Below are positions 1-10,122 of a stretch of DNA of 64,000 nucleotides, in pieces (positions within the stretch are counted from its first letter, which is position 1; every line of letters begins with the position of its first letter). This stretch comes from an uncultured Planctomycetota bacterium. GTDB lineage: Bacteria > Planctomycetota > Planctomycetia > Gemmatales > Gemmataceae. The translations under genes were made by a program, and so were the position numbers. Under the pieces are notes generated by a model. The model was not told the DNA's origin, did not search any database, and was given only the letters and a program-made list of their open reading frames with translations. Location of the stretch: NCBI GenBank assembly GCA_963849325.1, contig CAWKHF010000007.1, positions 32,001 to 96,000 on the forward strand. Reading direction: 5' to 3'.

Positions 1-1228
1 CGGCTGGTTCCTGCGCGCGCTGCACTACTACGCCGGCTCCGGCATGGTCGTCCTGGTCCTGATCCACATGACGCAGGTGTTCCTGCACGGGGCGTACAAG
101 TATCCGCGCGAGCTGACGTGGGTGGTGGGCGTCTTTCTGCTGCTGTGTACGCTGGGCATGTTTTTCACCGGCCAGGTGCTGCGCTGGGACCCGGATGCGT
201 ACTGGGGCCTGGCCGTGGGCGGTTCGATGGCCGGACGAGTGCCGGTGCTCGGGCCGTACCTCGTCCACCTGCTCTCGGCGGCCCCGTCATCGGCGGCGAC
301 ACGCTGAGCCGGTTCTTCGCCCTGCACGTCTTCCTCATTCCCGGCGCTCTGCTGTTCTTCCTGGTCGTTCATCTCTGGCTGGTGCTCAAGCGCGGCGTCA
401 GCGAACCGCCGGTGCCGGGGCAGGTGGTCGATCCGCGGACCTACGATGCCCAATACGAGAGAGGAGTTGCAAAACGGCGTGCCCTTCCTCGGCGACGCCG
501 CTGCTCAGGGACGCGCTGGTCTCGGCCATGGCGGTGATCGTGGTTGTGGTCCTGGCCGCCGTGCTCGGGCCGAAGGGGCCGTCCGGGCCGCCCGACCCGA
601 CGCTGCAGCGGCGCCAACCCACGGCCGGAGTGGCCTTTCCTGTGGCTGTTCGCCTTGCTCTCGCTCAGCCCGCCGGCGGCGGAGACGTTCATCATGCTGG
701 TCTTCCCGGTGGTGCTGATCGTGGCCCTGTTCCTGGTGCCGTTCGTGTCGCAGTCGCGGCGAACGCGCCCCCAGCCGCCGGCCGGTTGCCGTGCTCGCCG
801 TGCTTGTCCTCTTCACCACGCTCGGCGTGCTCACCTACGAGGGCGTGACGGCGCCGTGGTCGCCGGAAATGACCGCCTGGAGCGGCGATCCCGTCCCCGA
901 AGACCTGTCTGAAAGAGCGGACGCCGCTGCAATTGCAGGGGGCCGCCGTCCTGCAAGTCAAGCAGTGCCGCAACTGTCACGCTCTGGAAGGCAGCGGCGG
1001 ACGGCGCGGTCCCGATCTGACCGGCATCGGCGCGCGGCTGACGCGCGATCAGCTAATCGACCAGATCAGCAACGGCACGCCCGGCGGCGGCAACATGCCG
1101 GCGTTACGGCAAGCAGATGACGCCGGCCGAGATGGACGGCGCTGGTCGATTTCCTGACGACCCTGCGTCCGCCGGACCAGCCCGCCGTCACGCCGGCCAC
1201 CGACATCGCCGGGACCGGGGTGCCATGA
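1..1228 (+). CDS. Cytochrome b (bc complex, QcrB/PetB-like) with fused C-terminal c-type cytochrome; 5' partial, several indels
   Basis: Fragments in successive frames: [42 protein letters not shown] (PEWY-like loop), then CRNCH heme motif and NMP. TGA at 1226-1228 overlaps the next ATG. Confidence 0.85.
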
Positions 1229-3533
1229 GTCCCACCCTCGACGCCTTTCTGCGCTCCTGGCCGTTCGATCCCTGGCTGATGGTCGCTGCTCGTCCTGCCG
1301 GCCGGCGATCTACCTGCGCGGCTGGCTCCGCCTGCGCCGCCGCGATCCGCGGCGCTGGCACGCCGGCCCTCTCGCGGCCTTTCTCGGCGGCCTGGCCGTC
1401 GTCTTCGTGGCCCTGGCCTCGCCGATCGAGCCGTTCGCGGCCCTGCTGCTGCAAGTCCACATGGTCCAGCACCTGCTGCTCATGATGGTCGCGCCGCCGC
1501 TGCTGTGGCTGGGCGCGCCGCTGTTTCCCTTGCTGCGCGGCCTGCCGCAGTCGCTCCGCGTTTTCTGGGCCGCTCCCTTCCTGCGCTCCGTGTCTCTGCG
1601 CCGCGCTTCGGCGCGGTCTGACGCATCCGGTCGCGGCATTGCCCCTCTTCGTCGCCGCGACCTGGCTGTGGCACGTTCCGGCCATCTACGAAGCCGCCCT
1701 GCGCTCGAACGGCTGGCACTACCTGCAACACGCCTGTTTCCTCGTCACGGCCCTGCTGTTCTGGTATCCGGTCGTCCGCCCGTATCCCGGCCGGCCGCGC
1801 TGGTCGCTGTGGCTGCTCTTTCCTTATCTGCTCCTGGCCGACGTGCAGAACACTGCTCTGTCGGCGTTGTTGACGTTCTCGAACCGCGTCCTGTATCCGT
1901 ACTATGCGGAGGTCCCGCGCCTGGGCGGACTCTCCGCGCTGGAGGACCAATCGGCGGCCGGCGTCGTCATGTGGGTGCCCGGTTCGCTTCGTGTTTCTGC
2001 TGCCGCTGTTCGGGATTGGACTTCATCTGCTGCATGGCCCCAGAGCGAGCCAAGAACGAGGTTGCTGCCTTCGAGGGCGCGGCTGCCTCTGCCTCTCGTC
2101 TCTCCCGCCCGGCCACCCGCTACGGCGTCTGGGTTCGATGTCCTGCGGATGCCGCTCGCGGGTCGATTCCTGCGCTGGCGATACGCTCGCTTCGTGATGC
2201 AAGCTGCCGTTGCTGTTTCTGGCGGGGTTGCTAATCTGGGACGGCCTGCGTGGACCGCAGGTCGGCCCCATGAATCTCGCCGGCGTGCTGCCGTGGATTC
2301 ACTGGCGCGGCCTGGTGATCCTGGGTTTGCTGACGACTGGCAACGTCTTTTGCATGGCGTGTCCGTTCCTGCTGCCGCGAACCGCTCGCGCGTCGATGGC
2401 TTCCGGCCGGTCGATCCTGGCCGCGCCCGCTGCGGAGCAAATGGCTGGCGGCGCTGCTCCTGGCTCTGTTCCTCTGGGCCTACGAGGCGTTCTCCCTGTG
2501 GGACAGCCCGTGGTGGACGGCCTGGATCGCGCTGGGCTATTTCGTCGCCGCCTTCGTCATCGACGGTTTTTTCCGTGGCGCGGCGTTCTGCAAATATGTC
2601 TGCCCCATCGGCCAGTTCAACTTCGTGCAGGCGCTGGTTTCGCCGCTGGAGGTAAGGGTCCGCGATCCGCGGGTATGCGCCTCGTGTCGCAGCAAGGATT
2701 GCATCCGTGGACGCGATGGCCTGCCCGGCTGCGAGCTGGGTCTGTTCCAGCCGCGCAAGGCCGGCAACATGGACTGCACCTTCTGCCTCGATTGCGTCCA
2801 CGCCTGCCCTCAGGACAACATCGGCATCCGGGGTCGTCCGTTCGCCTCGGAGCTGTGGCACGATCGTTTCCGTTCCGGCATCGGTCGTTTCGGCCGGCGG
2901 CCGGACCTGGCTGCCCTCGTCCTCATACTGGTGTTCGGCGCCTTCGCCAACGCCGCCGGCATGGTCGGACCCGTGGCGGCATGGGGAGACCGATTCCGTT
3001 CCCTTCTCGGACAGTCCTCATCTTTTTTGATAATCACGCTCTTTTACGTCTTCTGCCTGCTCTTGCTGCCTGGTCTAGCGGTCGGCGTTGCCGCCGCCGT
3101 GAGTCGTCGCTGGGGCGGACTCGCCGCGAGCCGGCTCGGCGTGGCGACGCGCTACTCGTTCGCTCTGGTCCCTCTCGGCTTCGGCATGTGGCTGTCGCAC
3201 TACAGCTTTCATTTCCTGACAAGTTACGACACGGTGCTGCCCGCCGTACAGCGATTCGCCGCCGACCTGGGAGGGACGATCCTTGGCGAACCGGCCTGGA
3301 CCGCCGGCTGTTGCCGAACCGTGGCGGGCTGGCTGCCGCGTCTGGAGATCCTCTTTCTCGACCTGGGACTGCTTCTCTCTCTTTACACCGGCTATCGCCT
3401 GGCCGTGGCGCAGACGCCGCGACTGCCGCAAGCCCTGAAAGTGCTGGCGCCGTGGGCGCTGCTCATGGTCTTGCTGTTCATGGCGGGAGTGTGGATCGTC
3501 CTTCAGCCCATGCAGATGCGCGGTACGCTCTGA
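1225..3533 (+). CDS. CtaG (caa3-type oxidase assembly factor) fused to a polytopic 4Fe-4S membrane domain (FesM/NapH-like); indels
   Basis: CtaG motifs HMVQHLLLMMVAPPLLWLG, WLWHVPAIYEAAL and DQSAAGVVMWVPG, followed by FCMACPF, FCKYVCPIG and DCTFCLDCVHACP. Confidence 0.75.
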
Positions 3534-3547
3534 AGGGAGAACAGGAC

Positions 3548-4081
3548 ATGGGCCGCGACGGACACGGACTCCTCCGCTTTTTTCTCCTGGCGTTCTGCCT
3601 TACCGGCATTTGCCCCATCGTGCGCGCGGACGGAGGCGCCGTGCGCCGGTCGGAGCAGAAGGGCGGCTATCGGATAACCGTCTTCACCGCGCCAACGCCC
3701 TTGCGCGTCGGCCCGGTGGATGTCAGCGTGTTCGTGCAGGATGTCGCCACGGGAGGGCCGGTCTCGCAGGCGCGGATCACGGTTCGGTTGTATCCGCGCG
3801 ACCGTCCAGCCGAAACTGTCTCTCGTCTGGCCACGGCGGAGGCGGCGACGAACAAGCTCTTCCAGGCGGCCGCATTCAACCTGTCCGAGCCGGGCTGGTG
3901 GGACGGAGAGATCATTATCGAAGGGCTGCCGGAGCCGGTTCGCGTCCGCTTCGAGATGGAGGCGGCCGAACCTCTGCCGACCTCGTTGGAATGGTGGCCC
4001 TGGATTGGCTGGCCGATCCCAGTTATCTTGTTGTTCGGTCTCCATCAATGGCTCGTGCGGCGAAAGGGAGTGCCTCGATGA
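3548..4081 (+). CDS. Exported, membrane-anchored hypothetical protein (YtkA/FixH-like fold suspected)
   Basis: Signal peptide (LLRFFLLAFCLTGICPIVRA-D), beta-rich core, C-terminal TM helix (WWPWIGWPIPVILLFGL). Confidence 0.6.
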   Translation: MGRDGHGLLRFFLLAFCLTGICPIVRADGGAVRRSEQKGGYRITVFTAPTPLRVGPVDVSVFVQDVATGGPVSQARITVRLYPRDRPAETVSRLATAEAATNKLFQAAAFNLSEPGWWDGEIIIEGLPEPVRVRFEMEAAEPLPTSLEWWPWIGWPIPVILLFGLHQWLVRRKGVPR

Positions 4082-6597
4082 GCGCGAAGACCTCCTGCCT
4101 GGGCTGGAGTTTCCCCTTTCTCGTCCTCGTGTACGTTCCGCCGGCCCTGGCCGCTCCGCGCGGCGAGGCCGACCGCGTCCGCTTGACGGCGGACGGCAAG
4201 GCTTTGTTGCCGGTGGTCGTGTCCGGCGAAGCCTCCCAGCGGGTGCGGCAGGCGGCGCGGACGCTGGCGGACTACTTGCAGCGCATCAGCGGCGCAAAGT
4301 TCGAGGTGGTCCGCGGCGACGGCACCTCCGGCATCGCTGTCGGAGTGGCGGCCCACTTTCCGGCCCTGCCTTCGTCCGCGTTGTGGAAGGACAAGAGCGC
4401 CACGCAAAACGAGGACTACCTTCTGCACTCGCACGCCGGCGGACTGCACGTCCTCGGCGCTTCGGAATTGGCCGTCGAACATGCCGTCTGGGACGTGCTC
4501 GATCGGCTCGGCTACCGTCAGTTTTTCCCCGGCGCCACCTGGGAAGTGGTGCCCAGCCGCGCGAACCTCGACCTCGCCGTGGAGGCGCGCGAGCACCCTT
4601 CGTATTCCGCGCGCCGCATCTGGTATGGGAGCGGTCCAGGCAAGTGGGCCGTCCGGCCTTACGCCGAGTGGTGCGCCCGCAACCGCGCGACCTCCGGCAT
4701 TGTGCTCAACACCGGCCACTCCTACGACGGCATCCTCGCGCGTCACAAGGCCGAGTTCGCCAAGCACCCGGAATATCTGGGTCTTCGCAACGGCCAACGC
4801 ACTTCCAGCAAGTTCTGCATCTCCAATCCCGACCTGCGCAAGCTGGTGATCGACGACGCCCTGGCTCAGTTCCAAAAAGACCCCGAGCTGCAAAGCGTCT
4901 CGGTCGATCCCAGCGACGGCGGCGGCTGGTGCGCGTGTGAGAAGTGCAAGGCGATGGGCAGCGTCAGCGACCGGGCCGTCACGCTCGCCAACGCGGTCGC
5001 GGCCGCGGTCGAGGCGAAGTATCCCGGCCAAAAATACGTGGGCATGTACGCCTACAGCGAACATTCGCCTCCGCCGAGCATCCGCGTCCATCCGCGCGTC
5101 ATCATCAGCGTCGCCACCGGGTTCATTCGCGGAGACTACACCGTGGACGACCTGCTCGACGGTTGGCGGCGCCAGGGTGCGACCCTCGGCATCCGCGAAT
5201 ACTACAGCGTACATCCCTGGGACCGCGACCTGCCCGGACGGGCCCGCGGCGCCAACCTCGCCTATTTGAAGACCACCCTGCCCCATTTCCACGACCAGGG
5301 CGCGCGCTTCCTGTCCGCCGAATCGAGCGACAACTGGGGATGCAACGGCCTCGGCTATTACCTGGCCGCACGGATGCTCTGGGACGTGGACGCGGCCAAG
5401 CGGATCGACGCCCTGACGGCCGATTTTCTGGAGAAAGCCTTTGGTCCCGCTCAAGGGCCGATGGCCGAGTTCTATCGGCTCCTCGACGGCGCCAATCGTC
5501 CGCTGCTCAGCGATCACCTGCTTGGCCGGATGTACCGCTTGCTGGCCGAGGCGCGGAAGCGGACGGACGATCCGAAGATCCAGGCCCGCCTCCGCGACCT
5601 GGTCCTTTACACTCGCTACGTCGAATGCTGGCTGGACTACACCGTCGCCGCCGGCCCGCAACGGCAGAAGGCATTCGAGACGATGGTCCGCCACGCCTAC
5701 CGGATTCGATCAACCATGATGATTCACACGCGCGGCCTGGTCCGCGACCTGCCCCGTCGAGACAAGCTCGTCAAGCTGCCCATCGAGGCGGGCGCGAACG
5801 TCCCGGAAAACAAGAATCCCTGGCTGAGCGACGTACCGTTCAGCCGTGAAGAAGTGGATGGCATCGTGTCGGCCGGGATTGCCCAGCGCTCGGTAATCGA
5901 TTTCCAGCCGGTCTCCTTCGGCGACAAGCTGGTGCCGGCGAGCCGATTGAGGCTCCCGCCCGTGAAGACCGGCTCGATGGGGCTTTATAGCCGAGGCGTT
6001 CGGAACTATCACACCTGGATCGAGAGAGCGCCGGCGCGCCTATCGTTGCAAGCGCGGGCGGGCCTGATTTATGGAGATCGGGGAACGGCGAAGGTCGCCC
6101 TTTATCCAGCCGGCCGAACCGAGAGCAAGGCGGTGGACCGAGCCGCCGTCGTGGCCGACAAGCAAGAACACGTCATCGAATTGAAGACGACGTGTACCGG
6201 CCATCATCGCCTGGAGGTGGCGGATCGCGCGGCCGGCACGAGCTTGAACTGGCCGGACGGCGTGCCGATGACGGTGCGCTCCAGCCCGGAAGATCCGGAC
6301 ACGTTTCACGGCACCTGGAGTCTTTACTTTTACGTCCCGAAAGGGACGACGGTCGTGGGCGGATATGCCTCCGGCAGCGGGAGCCTGCTCGACGGCAGTG
6401 GCAAGATTGTGTACACGTTTGCGAAAAAACCCGGCTATTTCCGCGTGCCGGTCGCGCCGGGCGCGGACGGCAAGCTGTGGCAGTTTCAGCGCTGCTCGGG
6501 CCAGCGTCTGCTGATGACGGTGCCGCCGTACCTGGCTCGCAACGAAAAGGAACTGTTGCTGCCTGAGGAAGTGGTGGAAAAAGACGCGGCCCGGTGA
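4078..6597 (+). CDS. Secreted DUF4838-type protein (glycoside-hydrolase-like)
   Basis: Intact ORF of about 839 aa from an ATGA overlap; signal peptide; motifs LGYRQFFPG, HPEY, FCISNPD, SDGGGWCACEKC, YLAARMLWD. Confidence 0.7.
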   Translation: MSAKTSCLGWSFPFLVLVYVPPALAAPRGEADRVRLTADGKALLPVVVSGEASQRVRQAARTLADYLQRISGAKFEVVRGDGTSGIAVGVAAHFPALPSSALWKDKSATQNEDYLLHSHAGGLHVLGASELAVEHAVWDVLDRLGYRQFFPGATWEVVPSRANLDLAVEAREHPSYSARRIWYGSGPGKWAVRPYAEWCARNRATSGIVLNTGHSYDGILARHKAEFAKHPEYLGLRNGQRTSSKFCISNPDLRKLVIDDALAQFQKDPELQSVSVDPSDGGGWCACEKCKAMGSVSDRAVTLANAVAAAVEAKYPGQKYVGMYAYSEHSPPPSIRVHPRVIISVATGFIRGDYTVDDLLDGWRRQGATLGIREYYSVHPWDRDLPGRARGANLAYLKTTLPHFHDQGARFLSAESSDNWGCNGLGYYLAARMLWDVDAAKRIDALTADFLEKAFGPAQGPMAEFYRLLDGANRPLLSDHLLGRMYRLLAEARKRTDDPKIQARLRDLVLYTRYVECWLDYTVAAGPQRQKAFETMVRHAYRIRSTMMIHTRGLVRDLPRRDKLVKLPIEAGANVPENKNPWLSDVPFSREEVDGIVSAGIAQRSVIDFQPVSFGDKLVPASRLRLPPVKTGSMGLYSRGVRNYHTWIERAPARLSLQARAGLIYGDRGTAKVALYPAGRTESKAVDRAAVVADKQEHVIELKTTCTGHHRLEVADRAAGTSLNWPDGVPMTVRSSPEDPDTFHGTWSLYFYVPKGTTVVGGYASGSGSLLDGSGKIVYTFAKKPGYFRVPVAPGADGKLWQFQRCSGQRLLMTVPPYLARNEKELLLPEEVVEKDAAR

Positions 6598-6634
6598 AGT
6601 CGGAACGTACTCTTACAACGCGGAAATCGGGACG

Positions 6635-7225
6635 TCACGGCGAAGGAACAAAGGCGCTGCCGGCGCCGGGTGCCGGATGATCCTCGCCGGTGAGCCGGGA
6701 CAGACTGCCCCGAGCGTGGCTGTGGCCTTCCAGGAGCGACTTTTCCGCCGCGCCGCACAGGATGGCGACGGCCTCCTCGTAACGATCGTGTGCGCGAACC
6801 GTCACCAGCGTCCGCCCCGAATGGAACTCGCGTTCGTAGCCGCGCGCCTCCTCTTCAGGAACCTGGAGTCCGATCAAAGCGCCGACGATGCCGCCTCCCG
6901 CCAGGCCCGTGACGGCGCCGCCCAGCGCGCCGGCCATCAGTCCGCCGGCGATCATGGGACCGACTCCCGGTATGACAGCCGTGGCCAGAGCGGCGCCGAC
7001 CAGGCCGCCGACGGCGGCGCCGGCCGTCGCCCCGACCGCCGCCCCTTCTTCCGCCTTCGTATGCAAGCTATGGGGAGGAGGCTCGATACCGGAGGCCGCG
7101 TCGGGGGTGAAGAACCCGATCTGGTCCGGCTTGAACCCCTTATGACGCAGCTCCTCGACCGCGTACTCGGCGTGGCTGCGGTCGTCGAAGACGCCGACGG
7201 CTGTGACCATGTCTTTCTCGTTCAT
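6635..7225 (-). CDS. General stress protein (YflT-like, glycine-zipper membrane region)
   Basis: VGVFDDRSHAEYAVEELR; GAAVGATAGAAVGGLVG glycine zipper; GALIGLQVPEEEARGYE. Confidence 0.8.
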   Translation of the reverse strand: MNEKDMVTAVGVFDDRSHAEYAVEELRHKGFKPDQIGFFTPDAASGIEPPPHSLHTKAEEGAAVGATAGAAVGGLVGAALATAVIPGVGPMIAGGLMAGALGGAVTGLAGGGIVGALIGLQVPEEEARGYEREFHSGRTLVTVRAHDRYEEAVAILCGAAEKSLLEGHSHARGSLSRLTGEDHPAPGAGSAFVPSP

Positions 7226-7301
7226 GGTACACCTTCTTCTCGTGTGGTGATTGGTCCTTCCGACGTGGGGAGAGATGATGGCTCGGCCCCATTGGGATTT
7301 G

Positions 7302-7317
7302 TGCAATAATCGCGCCG
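7302..7317 (-). promoter_or_regulatory. Putative sigma54 -24/-12 promoter of the stress protein gene
   Basis: Minus strand CGGCGCGATTATTGCA (GG-N10-GC), about 75 bp upstream of ATG 7225. Confidence 0.55.
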
Positions 7318-7340
7318 CAGCGCGATTTTTCTGCATTTCC

Positions 7341-7409
7341 GAGCCTGAAGCGTAAGCGAAGAGCGCGATAACCTTCGGTTGTCGCGCTCTTCGCTTACGC
7401 TTCAGGCTC
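7341..7409. repeat. Palindromic REP-like element, family A (GAGCC.GAAGCG..AGCGA)
   Basis: gagcctgaagcgtaagcgaagagcgcga and its exact reverse complement. Confidence 0.9.
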
Positions 7410-7426
7410 CGACAGAAGCTCGTCTG

Positions 7427-9169
7427 TCAGCGCGGCAAGTGCATTAACCGTCGCCACGCTTCGGGCGTCGGCTCGGTATCGCGGCCGGTCAGCTCGCGCA
7501 GTGCCGCCAGGGCAGCACGATGGTACGGCGAAAGCTCGCCCGGCTCGTGCGGCGTCAGCTTTTCCCGATAAGCCGTGGCTTCTTCCGCCGTCAGCGTGCG
7601 CGTGCGGACGAGGAAGTCGAAGCGCTGCATCTCCGGCCAGGGGTTGGCGTCGGCGACCGGCTGCCGGGCGGAAAAATCCTGCCGCAGATAGGTGACATCA
7701 ATACGCACGAGGATGTCCGGCTGCGAGTTGTTGTAACCACCCGACGGCGGCGTCAGGGGTTGGCCCGGCACCGGCACGGCGGCGGTCAACGATTCCGGCG
7801 ACACCTTGCCGGTGTTGCCGGGAGCATGGCAGAGCAGGCAGTTGCGATGATGATTGACGCGCACCAACTCGCGCACCACCGACACCTGCTTGTCGTGGTC
7901 CTCGCGCATCACTGGGGCGCGCGGATCCGGTTCCTCCATCACGGCGATGAGCTGCGACAATAAATCCGTTCGCTCCAGTTTGGTGATGGCCTCGGCGGCG
8001 CGACGCGCCACGGCCGGCCAGGGATAGCGCAGTCCCTTGGTGAGAATCTCGGTGTAGTCGCGCTCGCGGCGGACCTTGAGGGCGTCGAGCGCTGCCCGCC
8101 GGACCTCCTCTTCGCCGGAGAAAATCGCCAATCGCGCCAGCGCCCGCGTCGCCTCGACGTGCGCGACGGCGGATAGGTACTTGACCAACCCGAGGTGCAT
8201 GGCCGGCGACTCCGGCGCCAGCACCTGCATGAGCGCGGCGATGCGTGCCCGCGCGATGATCTCTTTCTGTTGTCGATCGACCTGGGCTTGCTTGTGGTCT
8301 TCCTGGCTGCAGAAGGTCTGATACTGCTTCCAGAACGTCTCGTCCGAGGGGCGTTCCGCGACAGCGGCGGCGACGGGGGCGGAAGGGGGAGGAGAAGCGC
8401 TCACGGTGGTAGAGGGGCCGCCGCTCCCCGCCGACGGAGCCGGTACAGGCGTCGCCGACACCACCATCTGTGCCGGCACCATCTGCAACGCACGCCGCAC
8501 GGTCGCCACGGCCAGGGCGAACTGCCGGCTCCGCTCGCCCTTCGTGCGGCAAGCGTCGCCCATCGCAAAGGGCAAACCATTCAGGTCCAGACGCTCCCCA
8601 CGCAGCGCCTCCAGGAAACCGTCCGTCTTCTTATCGTTGAGATGATTGATCTTGGCGATCTGGTGCGCGATCTGTTGCATCGCGGGCACGTCCTTCGCCG
8701 GCGGTGCCTGGAACCGAACTTCCGGGACGTGAGCCAGATCGTTATCGAGGACCGGGCCCACACGCTTCTCGGCTTTCGGAGGCACGGGCAGCAGATCTTT
8801 CAACGGAGTTTTCGGGTCGATTTTGAATTGAAATCGCGGCAGTGGACCCGGCCCCGGTCTCCCCATAGGCATGGACATGCCGGTTACGAACACCGGCCCG
8901 GCAAAGCCGGCGCCAGACCCCGGAGAGCCGGGAACTGCCGGAGACGGCCCCGGTTGGCCTGCTGGAGACGGAGGCGGGGGAGTAGGAGTTGCCGGAGGCG
9001 CAACGGGTGCGGACGGCGCGGGGTTGCCCTGGGCGTGCAAGCTCTCCATCGCCGGCCACGCCAGGAAGGTCAGGAGCAACAGGGATGGAGTGGGCAGTCG
9101 GAACAAACGTCGGATTGTCCGGCGGATGGGGGCAAGGCGTCGAGGACGTACCGAAGCGCGACCGATCAT
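7427..9169 (-). CDS. Exported HEAT-repeat protein with a CxxCH motif
   Basis: 580-aa ORF; signal-like N-terminus, Pro-rich linker, HEAT repeats (EEEVRRAALDAL, PAVARRAAEAI), NHHRNCLLCH. Confidence 0.7.
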   Translation of the reverse strand: MIGRASVRPRRLAPIRRTIRRLFRLPTPSLLLLTFLAWPAMESLHAQGNPAPSAPVAPPATPTPPPPSPAGQPGPSPAVPGSPGSGAGFAGPVFVTGMSMPMGRPGPGPLPRFQFKIDPKTPLKDLLPVPPKAEKRVGPVLDNDLAHVPEVRFQAPPAKDVPAMQQIAHQIAKINHLNDKKTDGFLEALRGERLDLNGLPFAMGDACRTKGERSRQFALAVATVRRALQMVPAQMVVSATPVPAPSAGSGGPSTTVSASPPPSAPVAAAVAERPSDETFWKQYQTFCSQEDHKQAQVDRQQKEIIARARIAALMQVLAPESPAMHLGLVKYLSAVAHVEATRALARLAIFSGEEEVRRAALDALKVRRERDYTEILTKGLRYPWPAVARRAAEAITKLERTDLLSQLIAVMEEPDPRAPVMREDHDKQVSVVRELVRVNHHRNCLLCHAPGNTGKVSPESLTAAVPVPGQPLTPPSGGYNNSQPDILVRIDVTYLRQDFSARQPVADANPWPEMQRFDFLVRTRTLTAEEATAYREKLTPHEPGELSPYHRAALAALRELTGRDTEPTPEAWRRLMHLPR

Positions 9170-9381
9170 GACGTGTCCCTCCGTTTCACGATGGCGGCCG
9201 GGGCTGGCCCGGCGGTCGGATTGTCGAGCCGGCGGCTCGATTTCGTTCCCGATTCTACTCTTTTTCTCCTAGCTGGCACAAGCGGGACACTCTGCCCCCG
9301 TTGCCTCGGCTGCGCCAACGGCCTACCGTATCGAAAGGGCGAAGTCCGAGGAACGGCGCGGACCAACAACAGGAGAAGACC

Positions 9382-9936
9382 ATGAGTGCGGGCGGATCGA
9401 AAGAGGTGGCGACGCTTGGCGGCGGTTGCTTCTGGTGTCTGGAGGCCGTCTTCGAGCAGATGCAAGGCGTCGAGCGCGTCGAATCCGGCTACGCTGGCGG
9501 CAGCGCGGCCAACCCGACGTATCCGCAGGTCTGCACCGGGAGCACCGGACACGCTGAGGTCGTGCAGATCACCTTCGATCCCCGCGTTGTCTCCTTCGGC
9601 GAACTGCTCGACGTTTTCTTCGCCATCCACGACCCGACCACGCTCAACCGCCAGGGCGCCGACGTGGGCACGCAATACCGCTCGGCGATCTTCTATCACT
9701 CGCCCGAACAAAAGCGACTCGCCGAGGAGAAAATCGCGGCCCTGAACGCGGCGGACGCCTGGGGAGCGCCGCTGGTGACGCAGATAGTCCCTTTGCAGAC
9801 GTTCTACCGCGCCGAGGATTACCACCAGGGTTATTTCCGGTCCAATCCCGCGCAAGGGTACTGTCAGGCCGTCGTCGCCCCCAAGGTGGCCAAGTTCCGC
9901 GCCCACTTCACGGCGAAGCTCAAGTCTTCCGTTTAG
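9382..9936 (+). CDS. msrA: Peptide methionine sulfoxide reductase A
   Basis: GGGCFWC, GYAGG, GHAEVVQ, HDPTTLNRQGADVGTQYRS, AEDYHQ; AGGAG RBS. Confidence 0.97.
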   Translation: MSAGGSKEVATLGGGCFWCLEAVFEQMQGVERVESGYAGGSAANPTYPQVCTGSTGHAEVVQITFDPRVVSFGELLDVFFAIHDPTTLNRQGADVGTQYRSAIFYHSPEQKRLAEEKIAALNAADAWGAPLVTQIVPLQTFYRAEDYHQGYFRSNPAQGYCQAVVAPKVAKFRAHFTAKLKSSV

Positions 9937-9986
9937 CCGCGACGCGCAGCGGAGCGCGGCTCCGCACTGCGCGTCGCGGCTAAACG
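9930..9986. repeat. Palindromic REP-like element, family B (TTTAGCCGCGACGCGCAGCGGAGCG)
   Basis: cgtttagccgcgacgcgcag ... ctgcgcgtcgcggctaaacg; contains the msrA stop codon. Confidence 0.9.
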
Positions 9987-10122
9987 AGAAAGAACGATCA
10001 ACTGGACTTCGCCCAGACGACTCGAATCGTTACACTCCGCCGCACGCGCCGGAGCGACCGGCCGGTACCGGGGATGGGATTGCCCCGGCCGCCCATCTTC
10101 TCCACTCAGGGAAGGGCACGAC

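Noticed and set aside
9290-9381. c-di-GMP riboswitch-like sequence upstream of msrA
   Set aside because: Only a loose resemblance; the GCAAA and tetraloop/receptor architecture is absent.
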